Assembly: GCA_963826535.1 (NCBI GenBank) | Contig: CAWGXL010000002.1 | Span: 30,503 to 94,502 of the forward strand | Source of the DNA: an uncultured bacterium | Lineage (GTDB): Bacteria > Patescibacteriota > Microgenomatia > Levybacterales > UBA12049 | DNA length: 64,000 bases | Direction: 5' to 3' | Shown: in pieces, positions 8,968-18,233 of the stretch | Position numbering within the stretch: position 1 is the stretch's first letter | Layout: each line of letters starts with the position of its first letter | Position numbers and translations under genes: made by a program | The notes under the pieces: model-generated | The model's database searches: none | Told to the model about the DNA's origin: nothing | What the model saw: the letters and a program-made list of their open reading frames with translations, nothing else

Positions 8968-9852
8968 ATGGAAAAAGATTATTATAAAGCACTAGGTGTT
9001 TCTAAAAGTGCAACTCACGATGAAATAAAACGTGCCTACCGTAAGCTTGCTCTTGAATTTCATCCGGACCGTAATAAAACCAAAGAAGCAGGTGATAAGT
9101 TTAAAGAAATAACCAAAGCTTATGAAGTACTGTCCAATGATGAAAAAAGAAAAATGTACGACCAGGTAGGCCATGCAGCCTTCGAACAAGGAGCAGGTCA
9201 GGGTCCCTTTGGAGGCGGGGGCGGGCAATCTTCCGGACAATATGGACCTTTCACATATAGTTATCAAACGAATGGAGGAGGAGCTGACTTTGATTTCGGA
9301 GGCTACTCTGACCCATTTGAAATTTTCGAACAATTCTTCGGCGGCGGTTCACCATTCGGGCAACGACAGCGGCGCCCTATATACTCAGCAGCAATCAGTT
9401 TTATGGACGCAGCGCTCGGTACAGAGAAGGAGTTAATAATTAATGGAGAAAAACAGAAAATTAAAATTCCCGCAGGAGTTGATAGCGGTTCTAGAATCCG
9501 ATTTGAGAAGTATGACATTGTGCTTGATGTCAAGCCGGACGCACGCTTTGCGCGCGAAGGATCTGATGTTGTATCGGAAAAAGAAATCTCTTTCACACAA
9601 GCCGCAATAGGCGCGGAAATATCAGTCGCAACTGTTGATGGAGATATTAAAATACGCATACCCGAAGGAACACAACCTGGTACCTTGATCCGCCTTCAAG
9701 GACGAGGCATCCCTCATCTCAGAGGCAGCGGACGGGGAAGTCACTATGTACGCATCAAAGTCGTCGTCCCCAAAAAACTTTCAAAACAACAAAGAGATCT
9801 CCTTGAAGAATTTCAGAAAGAAGAGCTACAAGCAAAAAAACGCTGGTTCTAA
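8968..9852 (+). CDS. DnaJ-family chaperone without zinc finger (class B, CbpA-like)
   Basis: DYYKALGV...HPD J-domain, G/F-rich linker, DnaJ C-terminal domain; no CxxCxGxG repeats. Confidence 0.93.
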   Translation: MEKDYYKALGVSKSATHDEIKRAYRKLALEFHPDRNKTKEAGDKFKEITKAYEVLSNDEKRKMYDQVGHAAFEQGAGQGPFGGGGGQSSGQYGPFTYSYQTNGGGADFDFGGYSDPFEIFEQFFGGGSPFGQRQRRPIYSAAISFMDAALGTEKELIINGEKQKIKIPAGVDSGSRIRFEKYDIVLDVKPDARFAREGSDVVSEKEISFTQAAIGAEISVATVDGDIKIRIPEGTQPGTLIRLQGRGIPHLRGSGRGSHYVRIKVVVPKKLSKQQRDLLEEFQKEELQAKKRWF

Positions 9853-9879
9853 AATTTGTTAAAAGTTAATTAATATTAT

Positions 9880-12800
9880 ATGGGAGAAACCTCACTTGCC
9901 GAGTCAATCGACCCAAAATTGGTAAATTTTCAAAAAGACGTACCTACTCAGAAAAAACCAAATTTGTATCTAGTTAACCCTCCGCAGCATCTAGAATCTT
10001 CCGCTAAAAAGAAAAATGGCGAAGTTCCTCATCCACCGGAAAAATCAAAATTTATATTTGACAGATCAAAAATTGAAGATGAATCAAAAAACTTTGATAA
10101 AGCAATACTAGATCCACTTACCGGAGTTGACCCTGCTTTTGAAGCAGGAACAAAAAACAATTTAGATTACCTTTGCCGCACCGGCGATCTTGAATTTAAC
10201 ACCCCAAGAACACAGATTCTTCAGAATATTGTCGATAAAATGACAGGACAAGACGGTATTCATGAAAAACTTATGACCGTATCTTCAAAAAAAGCAGTTG
10301 AAGCACGAATTGTAATAAAAAACAAAGGCGAGGCAGATGACGCCTTTGTACTTCCGGACGGGACGATTGTTTTATCTCAATCACTTATTGATAAGCTTAC
10401 TTTGGATGAGGTTGGCGGAGTCATGGCTCATGAGATTAACCACATCAGAACCGAAACAGCGGCAAAAAAAGAAGCAGCCGGAGGTCATGCATTTGGAGTT
10501 TGCTGGGCGCATGAAACCGCGGAAGACGCACTCGCTCCTGACCTATTGGTAAAAGCCGACCTTAATAGTTTAGGATTCTCTTCAGCAATCATCAAAGTTT
10601 CGGGCGCGGAAAGAGGAAGTATACATCAAAGTGGACTTTCCCGTGGTTCACAAAGCGTAGGACAGCACTTCGGACTGGATTTCGGCACAAGCAGCCAAGA
10701 ACAGACGCCACTTCCGGAACTACTAAAAACAAAAGAACCAATAAAAAAAACCAATCTGGAAGTAATGGGACAGCTTATCCGCCAGCAGGAACCTGAAAAT
10801 GTAGAACAAACGCTCTCTCTTTTGCACCCGCATGACTTAAAAGACGCTTATCAACATATAATCAATCAGGAGCGAGGAGGTGAATATTGGTCTCCAAAGG
10901 CGCTAACCGAGGAACAGAAAAAAATTATTGAGCTTGGCAGCGCGTATTTAAATAATCGATTGGAAGAAGCAGGCTATTCGCAAACTGAAAGGAATCTATT
11001 TTTTATCTTTATGCAAAGTTATAGTGCACGTACCCCCAGCTTCAGCATGATAAAAACACCTGAAATGGTGCTTGAAGCGACACGCGCTTTACCGGACTAC
11101 ATTAACTTTGGCGGACATGGCGACATTCATAGATCTCTTTTTGATAAAGAAATTACCGGCAGTACGGTGGAATCTTTCCTAAACATAATAAGTGCTAGAA
11201 TGCATGATACCGGTATCTCTCCTCAAGGTCAGAATGAAATACCCATCACAAAAGAGATTCTATTAAAAACACTGACTGAGATAAATTCGTGGGAAAATAT
11301 CGCCAACGGTTTAAAAGTTAAAGGTAAAGCAGGAGTATTTACCCAGGTCATAGAAAGTTATATAAGTAAAACCTACATCAGTACAGATAATGCCTATAAA
11401 AAGTTGCTTGATGAAACAAAAACAAGAGAATTACTTCAGGAAGTAAAAGATTTAAATATCCCAATAAATCTGGATACCCTTCATACAAGAATGAGTGCCT
11501 CTCCGGAAGAAAGAAAAGTTTATGAATTATTTAAAGAATTTTTTGTAGAAAAGAGCCCTAAAACAACTGAGCAAAGTATAGACGATTTTCTTGACTCATA
11601 TATAGGTCTACCGGAAAATGAAAAAGGAGGGGAACTTGATTATTTCATGAAAATAATCCGCAAAGATTTCGATGAAAAAGAACTAACAGACGCTCAAAGA
11701 ATAAATTATGTCAAGTATTTCGGGTCAAAAGTAAAAGAGCTCGATCTCTCATCAAATATTGACCTAAACAAGGAACTCAATCTGAATATTAAAGAAATTC
11801 CAGACAAAGAGCTATTCCAAAGAAACTTATTGGAATTTAATATGCAATCAAATGCTGCACTCGCCCTGCTGCAAAAAGACGGTGAAGAATTTTATGATTA
11901 TATTAAAGTACTTATGGATAAATCAGGCATTGATATACAAAACTGTTCTCCGGCAGGAATATACAATCTCAGCGCGAGCTTAATTAATATAGACAAAGGT
12001 CACTTTTACAACTTTGACGAGAAAAGTGTTAAAGAGAAAGATTATGTCTTCTTATTAAACCAAATAAAAATTGAAAACATAAATAAGTATCTTCAATTGC
12101 CGTTTCTCCAAAAACTCATGGAAGAATCTGAAAAAAAATTATCTTTTACAACATTAAAAGATTTAAACAAGTATATTGATACTGAAATATTCCAAAAAAG
12201 GCTTGATAGTAGAAGCAGCAGTCATTTATTTGAAGACACACTAAGCTCAATAATTACCCTAAAACCGGTTAGGGAAAATTTCTTGGAATTACTACAACGC
12301 GGTGTCCCTGAAGATGAATACCCACAGTTGTATAAATTTATAAAATTAGAATATCCATCAGGTCCGCGTGAAAAAGAATTTCTCAGAGCATTAAATGTCA
12401 GGTATTTGGACAAACCAATTGGTTCCCAAAACGAATTACATGAGAGAATTGATTATCTTAAGCAAAATTTTAATTCCGTCGGACCGGAGGGGATGGCACT
12501 ACTTGCCAATCATATCAATACATTGCCTCAATATCTGCATTTCAGGAAAGAAATGGCAGAGCTATTGGCCACTTATTTGGATGGGTCAGGTATAGTCAGC
12601 GCTGTCGCGATGGGAGACTTCGCAACCTCGTTTTTTACAAAACACTTTGCGGATCTATTAGAAAGCAGCAAAACAGACAAGCAGACAAAAAGTAAATTAT
12701 CAACAGACATGGCCAAGGAATGGTTCAAATTTTTCTTTATAGAAGGATCTAATCGTGATAAAAGAGTGAATTTTGACAAAGAAACAGGCAAAATAGAATT

Positions 12801-14574
12801 AAACGGTACCACACGAGATATTTTCAAAACATTTGCTGATTTGGTAAAAGAAATAAAAGGTCTTTCTGAACTTAAGAGATTTGCTATCACCCACAAATCA
12901 CTGGTTGATACCGGAGGAGCATTAACAGACGACAACAACAGAAAGCAATTGGGAGAAATACTTAACGCATCTCTGGAAACAAAGTCAACTTTTATCAGTC
13001 ATGCTCTGCAAAAAGGCTGCGAGCTAGCACCGGCAGAATTTTTCAGCTTCCCAATCTCAAAAATGCTTGCTCCTTTATTATTTAGGAGCCTTGATACCAA
13101 TTATGTGGATCTTAAAAAAGTATCGAGGGAAGATTATGAGGATAAAGTTCCATATAAACAGCTTCCTGTATTATTCGGATCAGACACCAGAGACGTAACG
13201 CTTTTTGGCGCACATTACAAAGGGGAGACTAATACAAAAGTTGCCCAAATGGCCATAGAAAGCGATGATCAATACCACCTCGCAACCCAATTACTTGATC
13301 GAATACTTACAGAAGAACCTGTTATAGGGGCGCCACATAAAGAGCCTGACGAAAAAGTTAAAGTTGATCCCAATACTGAAGCGATTATTAGCGCTGTTGA
13401 AGCGAGCGGGCCACTTGGAAAAAGATGTCTTCAGCTCTCGCGCCAACTTCATGAATTTGCGCCGGCTACAGACAGACGTCTTGCGAATTCCTTTGATAGC
13501 ACACCCGGTCTGAATAAATTGTTTCTTTGGGAAAATCTGGTCAGACATATGGAAAATGGTCATGACCCCGAACTTTCGGATTTTATAAAAAATAACCTTG
13601 TGGAGCTTAATGATGTCATAGCTGGCGGCAGCCTAAATACTGTAGCCAGCGCTAAAGTCAAAGATGAAAAAGGTAATACACGAAGCGCAGTTCTTCGTTA
13701 TCTCAACCCCAACCCGGAAGTTTTTATCGCAAAAACCCATGAAACAGCGCAAAAAGTATTAGAAGCAATTGAACTGACGGGAAATTCGCAAGATAGAAAA
13801 TTTGCGCGTATGGGATTAGTTTTTACTGATCTCTCCCGGGAATGGTGTCTCCGCGATATCAATGACCCGACATATGAAAAAGATGATGATGAATTTCGGG
13901 AGACTATTAGGTCATTCAATGAGCAAAAAGCAACATCATTCTATGCACCGGAACGGCTATTTACCCATAGAAAATTGAAAGTTGAGGAAGAAGCAGAAGG
14001 CAGGACAATAAATAAACTATTAAATGATGCAAACATATCTGTTAATGAAAAAAAGGAAACGGTCAACCGCCTAATGAGCTTTTTTGACTTTCAATTAACA
14101 AACCTGGCAGGAACCTCAGAGACAGGAGAAAATTACTATCTCATCCATTCAGATCCTCATGTTGGCAATTACATGATGGAAAATGGAAACTTAACAGAAA
14201 ACGCCGTACTAGATAGAAACATGTATTTGAAAATTAACGGGCAAGAAGCAAATATGTTTCATAATTTATTAAATACAGGCGACTATAAAACTTTTATTGA
14301 TCCGTTTATAGATGCATTATTGGATAAGAATAAAGTAATAAATGAAACTACAAGAAACGAAAGTAAAAAAAGGATAATGCGCTCCATGAAAACCGAGTAT
14401 TTAAAACAACAAATGTATCGCATGGTAAAATTCCGTTCAACCGTTGATAATTTTTCATTGATACGTAGTCTTATGAATGAATGCGCGGAAGCTAAGTTGG
14501 ATATACCGCTTGAAATGCGCCTTATGATCAGAAATGTAGAAATATTCAGAAATTTGGCGCAAAAATATTCTTAA
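9880..14574 (+). CDS. large protein: N-terminal M48-family zinc peptidase fused to C-terminal ABC1/UbiB-like atypical kinase
   Basis: DAFVLPDGTIVLS...DEVGGVMAHEINH (HExxH). C-terminal GPLGKRCLQL, IAGGSLNTV, LIHSDPHVGNYM, VLD. Confidence 0.75.
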   Translation: MGETSLAESIDPKLVNFQKDVPTQKKPNLYLVNPPQHLESSAKKKNGEVPHPPEKSKFIFDRSKIEDESKNFDKAILDPLTGVDPAFEAGTKNNLDYLCRTGDLEFNTPRTQILQNIVDKMTGQDGIHEKLMTVSSKKAVEARIVIKNKGEADDAFVLPDGTIVLSQSLIDKLTLDEVGGVMAHEINHIRTETAAKKEAAGGHAFGVCWAHETAEDALAPDLLVKADLNSLGFSSAIIKVSGAERGSIHQSGLSRGSQSVGQHFGLDFGTSSQEQTPLPELLKTKEPIKKTNLEVMGQLIRQQEPENVEQTLSLLHPHDLKDAYQHIINQERGGEYWSPKALTEEQKKIIELGSAYLNNRLEEAGYSQTERNLFFIFMQSYSARTPSFSMIKTPEMVLEATRALPDYINFGGHGDIHRSLFDKEITGSTVESFLNIISARMHDTGISPQGQNEIPITKEILLKTLTEINSWENIANGLKVKGKAGVFTQVIESYISKTYISTDNAYKKLLDETKTRELLQEVKDLNIPINLDTLHTRMSASPEERKVYELFKEFFVEKSPKTTEQSIDDFLDSYIGLPENEKGGELDYFMKIIRKDFDEKELTDAQRINYVKYFGSKVKELDLSSNIDLNKELNLNIKEIPDKELFQRNLLEFNMQSNAALALLQKDGEEFYDYIKVLMDKSGIDIQNCSPAGIYNLSASLINIDKGHFYNFDEKSVKEKDYVFLLNQIKIENINKYLQLPFLQKLMEESEKKLSFTTLKDLNKYIDTEIFQKRLDSRSSSHLFEDTLSSIITLKPVRENFLELLQRGVPEDEYPQLYKFIKLEYPSGPREKEFLRALNVRYLDKPIGSQNELHERIDYLKQNFNSVGPEGMALLANHINTLPQYLHFRKEMAELLATYLDGSGIVSAVAMGDFATSFFTKHFADLLESSKTDKQTKSKLSTDMAKEWFKFFFIEGSNRDKRVNFDKETGKIELNGTTRDIFKTFADLVKEIKGLSELKRFAITHKSLVDTGGALTDDNNRKQLGEILNASLETKSTFISHALQKGCELAPAEFFSFPISKMLAPLLFRSLDTNYVDLKKVSREDYEDKVPYKQLPVLFGSDTRDVTLFGAHYKGETNTKVAQMAIESDDQYHLATQLLDRILTEEPVIGAPHKEPDEKVKVDPNTEAIISAVEASGPLGKRCLQLSRQLHEFAPATDRRLANSFDSTPGLNKLFLWENLVRHMENGHDPELSDFIKNNLVELNDVIAGGSLNTVASAKVKDEKGNTRSAVLRYLNPNPEVFIAKTHETAQKVLEAIELTGNSQDRKFARMGLVFTDLSREWCLRDINDPTYEKDDDEFRETIRSFNEQKATSFYAPERLFTHRKLKVEEEAEGRTINKLLNDANISVNEKKETVNRLMSFFDFQLTNLAGTSETGENYYLIHSDPHVGNYMMENGNLTENAVLDRNMYLKINGQEANMFHNLLNTGDYKTFIDPFIDALLDKNKVINETTRNESKKRIMRSMKTEYLKQQMYRMVKFRSTVDNFSLIRSLMNECAEAKLDIPLEMRLMIRNVEIFRNLAQKYS

Positions 14575-14640
14575 CATCAGAGTTCTAAGTTGAATGTTCA
14601 TGTTATAATATAATTGTCAGTGCAGAAAAGTTTGTAATTT

Positions 14641-14949
14641 ATGAAAAAATCTTTTCGCGATAAAGTTTATGAAATTACAAAAAAAATTCCGAAAGGGAAA
14701 GTTGCGACCTACGGCCAAATCGCCGCAATGGCCGGTAGCCCAAGAGCAGCACGGGCTGTCGGGATGTTAATGAAAAATAATCCTGATATGCCAAGAACTC
14801 CTTGTCATCGCGTAGTTGCATCCGATGGCCGCTTGACAGGTTATTCAGCCAAAGATGGTATCAAAACAAAAAAGGAGATGCTTGTCGATGAAGGCGTGGT
14901 TTTTATTGGAGATAGAGTAAATTTGGTTAAGTCACAATGGAAGCCGTAG
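14641..14949 (+). CDS. ogt: methylated-DNA-protein-cysteine methyltransferase (single-domain MGMT family)
   Basis: IPKGKVATYGQIA, ARAVG, active-site PCHRVV. Confidence 0.9.
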   Translation: MKKSFRDKVYEITKKIPKGKVATYGQIAAMAGSPRAARAVGMLMKNNPDMPRTPCHRVVASDGRLTGYSAKDGIKTKKEMLVDEGVVFIGDRVNLVKSQWKP

Positions 14950-14959
14950 AGAATTCTGC

Positions 14960-14990
14960 TTGACTTATTTACTCTTTTTTAATATATAAT
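14960..14990 (+). promoter_or_regulatory. sigma70-type promoter for the pur cluster
   Basis: TTGACT (14960-65), then overlapping TATATA/TATAAT (14983-90), giving a 17-19 nt spacer. Confidence 0.6.
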
Positions 14991-14999
14991 ATAAGTAAT

Positions 15000-15041
15000 A
15001 TGCGTCACCATTATTGCAAAAGAGCTGCCAAGACTGGGTAG
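15000..15041 (+). CDS. candidate attenuator leader peptide MRHHYCKRAAKTG
   Basis: 13-codon ORF starting about 9 nt after the -10 box and ending just before a terminator hairpin. Confidence 0.4.
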   Translation: MRHHYCKRAAKTG

Positions 15042-15054
15042 AATATCCATAACT

Positions 15055-15078
15055 GAACCTCGCTTAGCGGGGTTTTTT
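15055..15078 (+). terminator. intrinsic terminator in the purF leader
   Basis: GAACCTCGC-TTA-GCGGGGTTT stem-loop running into a T6 tract, 27 nt before the purF ATG. Confidence 0.75.
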
Positions 15079-15105
15079 AATTTTAGAACTTATTTTGTAT
15101 TAATT

Positions 15106-17274
15106 ATGATAAACCGAAAGGCGTTCGGTAATTTAGTTGTTTTGAAAGAGCAATTAAAAGAGAAGTGCGGAGTCATTGGGGTTTGGTCTGGAGAAAAAAT
15201 TGCGCCTTATTATGTACGAAAAGGTTTGTCCACACTGCAGCATCGAGGTCAAGAAAGTGCCGGAATTAGCATTTACACTCCTCAAGACAAAATAAAAACT
15301 TATTCAGGCATGGGTCTTGTTCTCGGTGTGCTGACAGCCGAAGTTCTTAAGCAGCTGGGAGAAAGTATGGCTGCTATTGGACATAATAGATATTCTACCA
15401 GCGGCAGTACCAGTTTAAGTAATGCCCAACCTATTACGCTCAAAAAGGGAAAATTTGAATTGAGCATAGGACATAATGGCAATATCCCTGATTGCGAGTA
15501 CCTTGGAGAACAAATAGAAGAAAAACAAAAAGAAGGAGAAACCAGCGATACTCATCTAGTCGCAAAGCTCCTATTGCAAGAACGGCCAAACTATTCAGAT
15601 TGGGACGAAACCCTAAAACAAGTATTACCGCGAATTCGCGGAGCTTTTTGTTTTGTAATTTTAACTGAAGACGGCAACATTTACGGCGCCCGCGATACAT
15701 ATGGTATACGGCCCTTTTGTTTAGGAAAATTTGAGAATGGGTGGATTATTGCCTCAGAATCTGTTGCTGTTGATTTAACAGGTGCCGAATTTTTGCGCGA
15801 TATTAAACCGGGAGAGATTATTAAGATCAGCTTTGATGGGAAGCTTACCTCTTTCTTTTTCGGTGCGCCATCAAGAGAACAGAATTGTATTTTTGAATAT
15901 ATTTATTTTTCCCGCCCGGATAGTTTTGAAAATGGCATTAGGATAAGAAAAGGGCGTGAAGAATCAGGCAGACTGTTGGGACAGCGAATTCTGAAAAAGG
16001 CAATCTTGGCAGATGTCGTGGTCCCTGTCTTTGACTCCGGATATCCGGCGGCGAAAGGAGTGGCGCATGTTCTTGGATTGCCTCTTGTGGACGCTATTAC
16101 TGTAAGTCATTATATCGGCCGAACTTTTATCCAACCGGGGCATGAAAATAGAAAGGCAGCAGTGAATGGCAAGCATAATATTATACCCGATGATATTAAG
16201 GGTATGCGAATTATTGTGGTTGATGATTCAGCAGTACGATTAACAACGAGCAAGCGGTTGACTCGTGAATTAAATGCAGCAGGTGCAAAGAGTGTATTTA
16301 TGGCTATTGCCAGCCCTCCAGTTGTTAACCACTGCGATATGGGCATTGATATGAAAAGTAAAAAAGAACTGCCGGCTTCTCTTTGGGAACATGAACCATT
16401 TGAGCTGATTGAAGAAAATGTTGCCAAGTTTATAGGCTCAAATGCAGCCGTGTATTTGCCAATTGAAGATTTAACCCGCGCTTTAGGAGGCGCAAAAGAG
16501 GATTTCTATCACTATCCGTTTGGTGGACCGCATCCTATACGCGATGCACAGCATAAATTTCCCAAGAGGAAGAAAACTATAAATCCTAAACCAAGAATAG
16601 CAATTTTAATTTCCGGAACTGGCACAAATCTTCAGGCAATTATCGATGGTGTAAAAACTCATGATATTGAGGCAGAAATCGTTTCAGTGGTATCGAACAA
16701 AAAGGACGCCTATGGTCTCAAAAGAGCCAAAGAGAATAATATTCCAACCCTCGTTCTTCCTATGACAGGAAAACTGAATGATAAAGTCGCGAGAAAAGAA
16801 TTTGAGTTGAAGCTTCTTGCTCATATCAAAAAGACCGCCGCCGACCTTATTGTTTTGGCTGGCTGGATGTTGGTTTTGGGGGATGAGTTCCTATCTGCTT
16901 TAGCAAAATTGGAAGTGCCTGTTATTAATCTTCATCCCGCGTTATTATCAAAAGGCAATGAAGATCATATCGCTACATCACGCGGGACTATCCCGGTTAT
17001 CCGTGGTATAGGTACACAAGCAATAAAATATGCTTTTGACAAAAACTTACTTGTTTCAGGAGTGACAGTCCATCAAATACTCCCCAAAAATAATTTTGAT
17101 ATCGGCCCGGTCATTTTAAAAGAGGAAGTAAGAAGAAGAAAAGAAGATACACTTGAAACATTTGAGAAACGAACTCATGAAGCGGAATATCGGGTTTTAC
17201 CAACAGCGATCAAAAGAGTTTTGCACGTCATGAAACAAGGAGTAGATGTAAGCCGCGGGGAGTTTTATTGGTAA
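15106..17274 (+). CDS. purF: amidophosphoribosyltransferase fused to GAR transformylase (PurF-PurN)
   Basis: PurF part: EK|CGVIG Ntn Cys, LQHRGQESAG, GHNRYST, HNGN, CIFEYIYFSRPDS, VVDDS. PurN part: IAILISGTGTNLQAI, LAGWM, INLHPALL, GVTVH. Confidence 0.95.
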   Translation: MINRKAFGNLVVLKEQLKEKCGVIGVWSGEKIAPYYVRKGLSTLQHRGQESAGISIYTPQDKIKTYSGMGLVLGVLTAEVLKQLGESMAAIGHNRYSTSGSTSLSNAQPITLKKGKFELSIGHNGNIPDCEYLGEQIEEKQKEGETSDTHLVAKLLLQERPNYSDWDETLKQVLPRIRGAFCFVILTEDGNIYGARDTYGIRPFCLGKFENGWIIASESVAVDLTGAEFLRDIKPGEIIKISFDGKLTSFFFGAPSREQNCIFEYIYFSRPDSFENGIRIRKGREESGRLLGQRILKKAILADVVVPVFDSGYPAAKGVAHVLGLPLVDAITVSHYIGRTFIQPGHENRKAAVNGKHNIIPDDIKGMRIIVVDDSAVRLTTSKRLTRELNAAGAKSVFMAIASPPVVNHCDMGIDMKSKKELPASLWEHEPFELIEENVAKFIGSNAAVYLPIEDLTRALGGAKEDFYHYPFGGPHPIRDAQHKFPKRKKTINPKPRIAILISGTGTNLQAIIDGVKTHDIEAEIVSVVSNKKDAYGLKRAKENNIPTLVLPMTGKLNDKVARKEFELKLLAHIKKTAADLIVLAGWMLVLGDEFLSALAKLEVPVINLHPALLSKGNEDHIATSRGTIPVIRGIGTQAIKYAFDKNLLVSGVTVHQILPKNNFDIGPVILKEEVRRRKEDTLETFEKRTHEAEYRVLPTAIKRVLHVMKQGVDVSRGEFYW

Positions 17275-17308
17275 CCCGCCTTACGCATAACATGATAAAA
17301 TAAGAACG

Positions 17309-18217
17309 ATGACCTTTCTTGAAAAATTCGAACTCCTGAAAAAATCAATTCCTGTTCCGGCCATAACGATTGACAAATCTACAATTGATTGTGAATACGT
17401 AGATTATGCCTATGGAAGCAAAAATTGCTATTATTGTTTTACTAGCAATCTACTTAAAGACAGTATGTATTCAACAATGGGATGGGGCGATAAGTTAGTA
17501 GATTGTACTTATTTAGCAGAGTCGGAAAGATGTTTTCAATGCGTTGATTGCACTAAATGTTATAGCTCTACCTATTTAATGGATTGTAATAGCACTACTG
17601 ATTGCCATTTCTCGGCATTTTTAAACTCTTGCAACGATTGTTTTGGTTGTGTTGCATTAACTCATAAGAAATATTGTATTTTCAACAAACAATACACAAA
17701 AGATGAATATATGAAAAAAGTTGAAGAATTAAAAAAAGAAAAACCTGAAAAGATTCTAAAACAAATGCTGGAATTAAAAAAACAAATACCTCATCCCGCA
17801 AGCATACAATACAATAATGAAAAAAGCCCTTATGGTGATTATATATATGATTCAAAGAACGTTTATTGGGGTTTTAATTGTTGGTATGGAGAAAATTGTG
17901 GATATATCTATACAGGCGGTACGTCGAAAAACTCATGGGACACTTTTTTCTCAGGCGGATTCAAATCTAAAGGAACTATTTCTGAACGAGTTTATGAACA
18001 AGTAGATTCAGTCGTATGTTACGATTGTGCATTTCTTAACAATTGTAATAACTGCACTAATTGTTATTACAGCGCGGATATGAGAAACTGCTCAGACTGC
18101 TTCGGTTGCGTTGGGCTATCAAAGAAAAAATACTGTATCCTCAATAATCAACTAACCAAAGACCAATACGAAAAAGCTGTTAAAAATATCAGAAAAGAAC
18201 TTGGGTGGAAATCTTAG
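17309..18217 (+). CDS. Cys-rich repeat protein, paralog 2 (inside pur cluster)
   Basis: Collinear with 4890..5795 (MTFLEKFELLKKSIPVPA...KELGWKS). Has its own TGnTAAAAT -10 box 7 nt before ATG. Confidence 0.85.
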   Translation: MTFLEKFELLKKSIPVPAITIDKSTIDCEYVDYAYGSKNCYYCFTSNLLKDSMYSTMGWGDKLVDCTYLAESERCFQCVDCTKCYSSTYLMDCNSTTDCHFSAFLNSCNDCFGCVALTHKKYCIFNKQYTKDEYMKKVEELKKEKPEKILKQMLELKKQIPHPASIQYNNEKSPYGDYIYDSKNVYWGFNCWYGENCGYIYTGGTSKNSWDTFFSGGFKSKGTISERVYEQVDSVVCYDCAFLNNCNNCTNCYYSADMRNCSDCFGCVGLSKKKYCILNNQLTKDQYEKAVKNIRKELGWKS

Positions 18218-18233
18218 TCTTGGAAAGATAGAT

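Noticed and set aside
15000-15080. Known purine, ZTP or PRPP riboswitch ahead of purF
   Set aside because: The leader is short and lacks the conserved cores beyond a chance GACTGG. It is kept only as a candidate novel attenuator.
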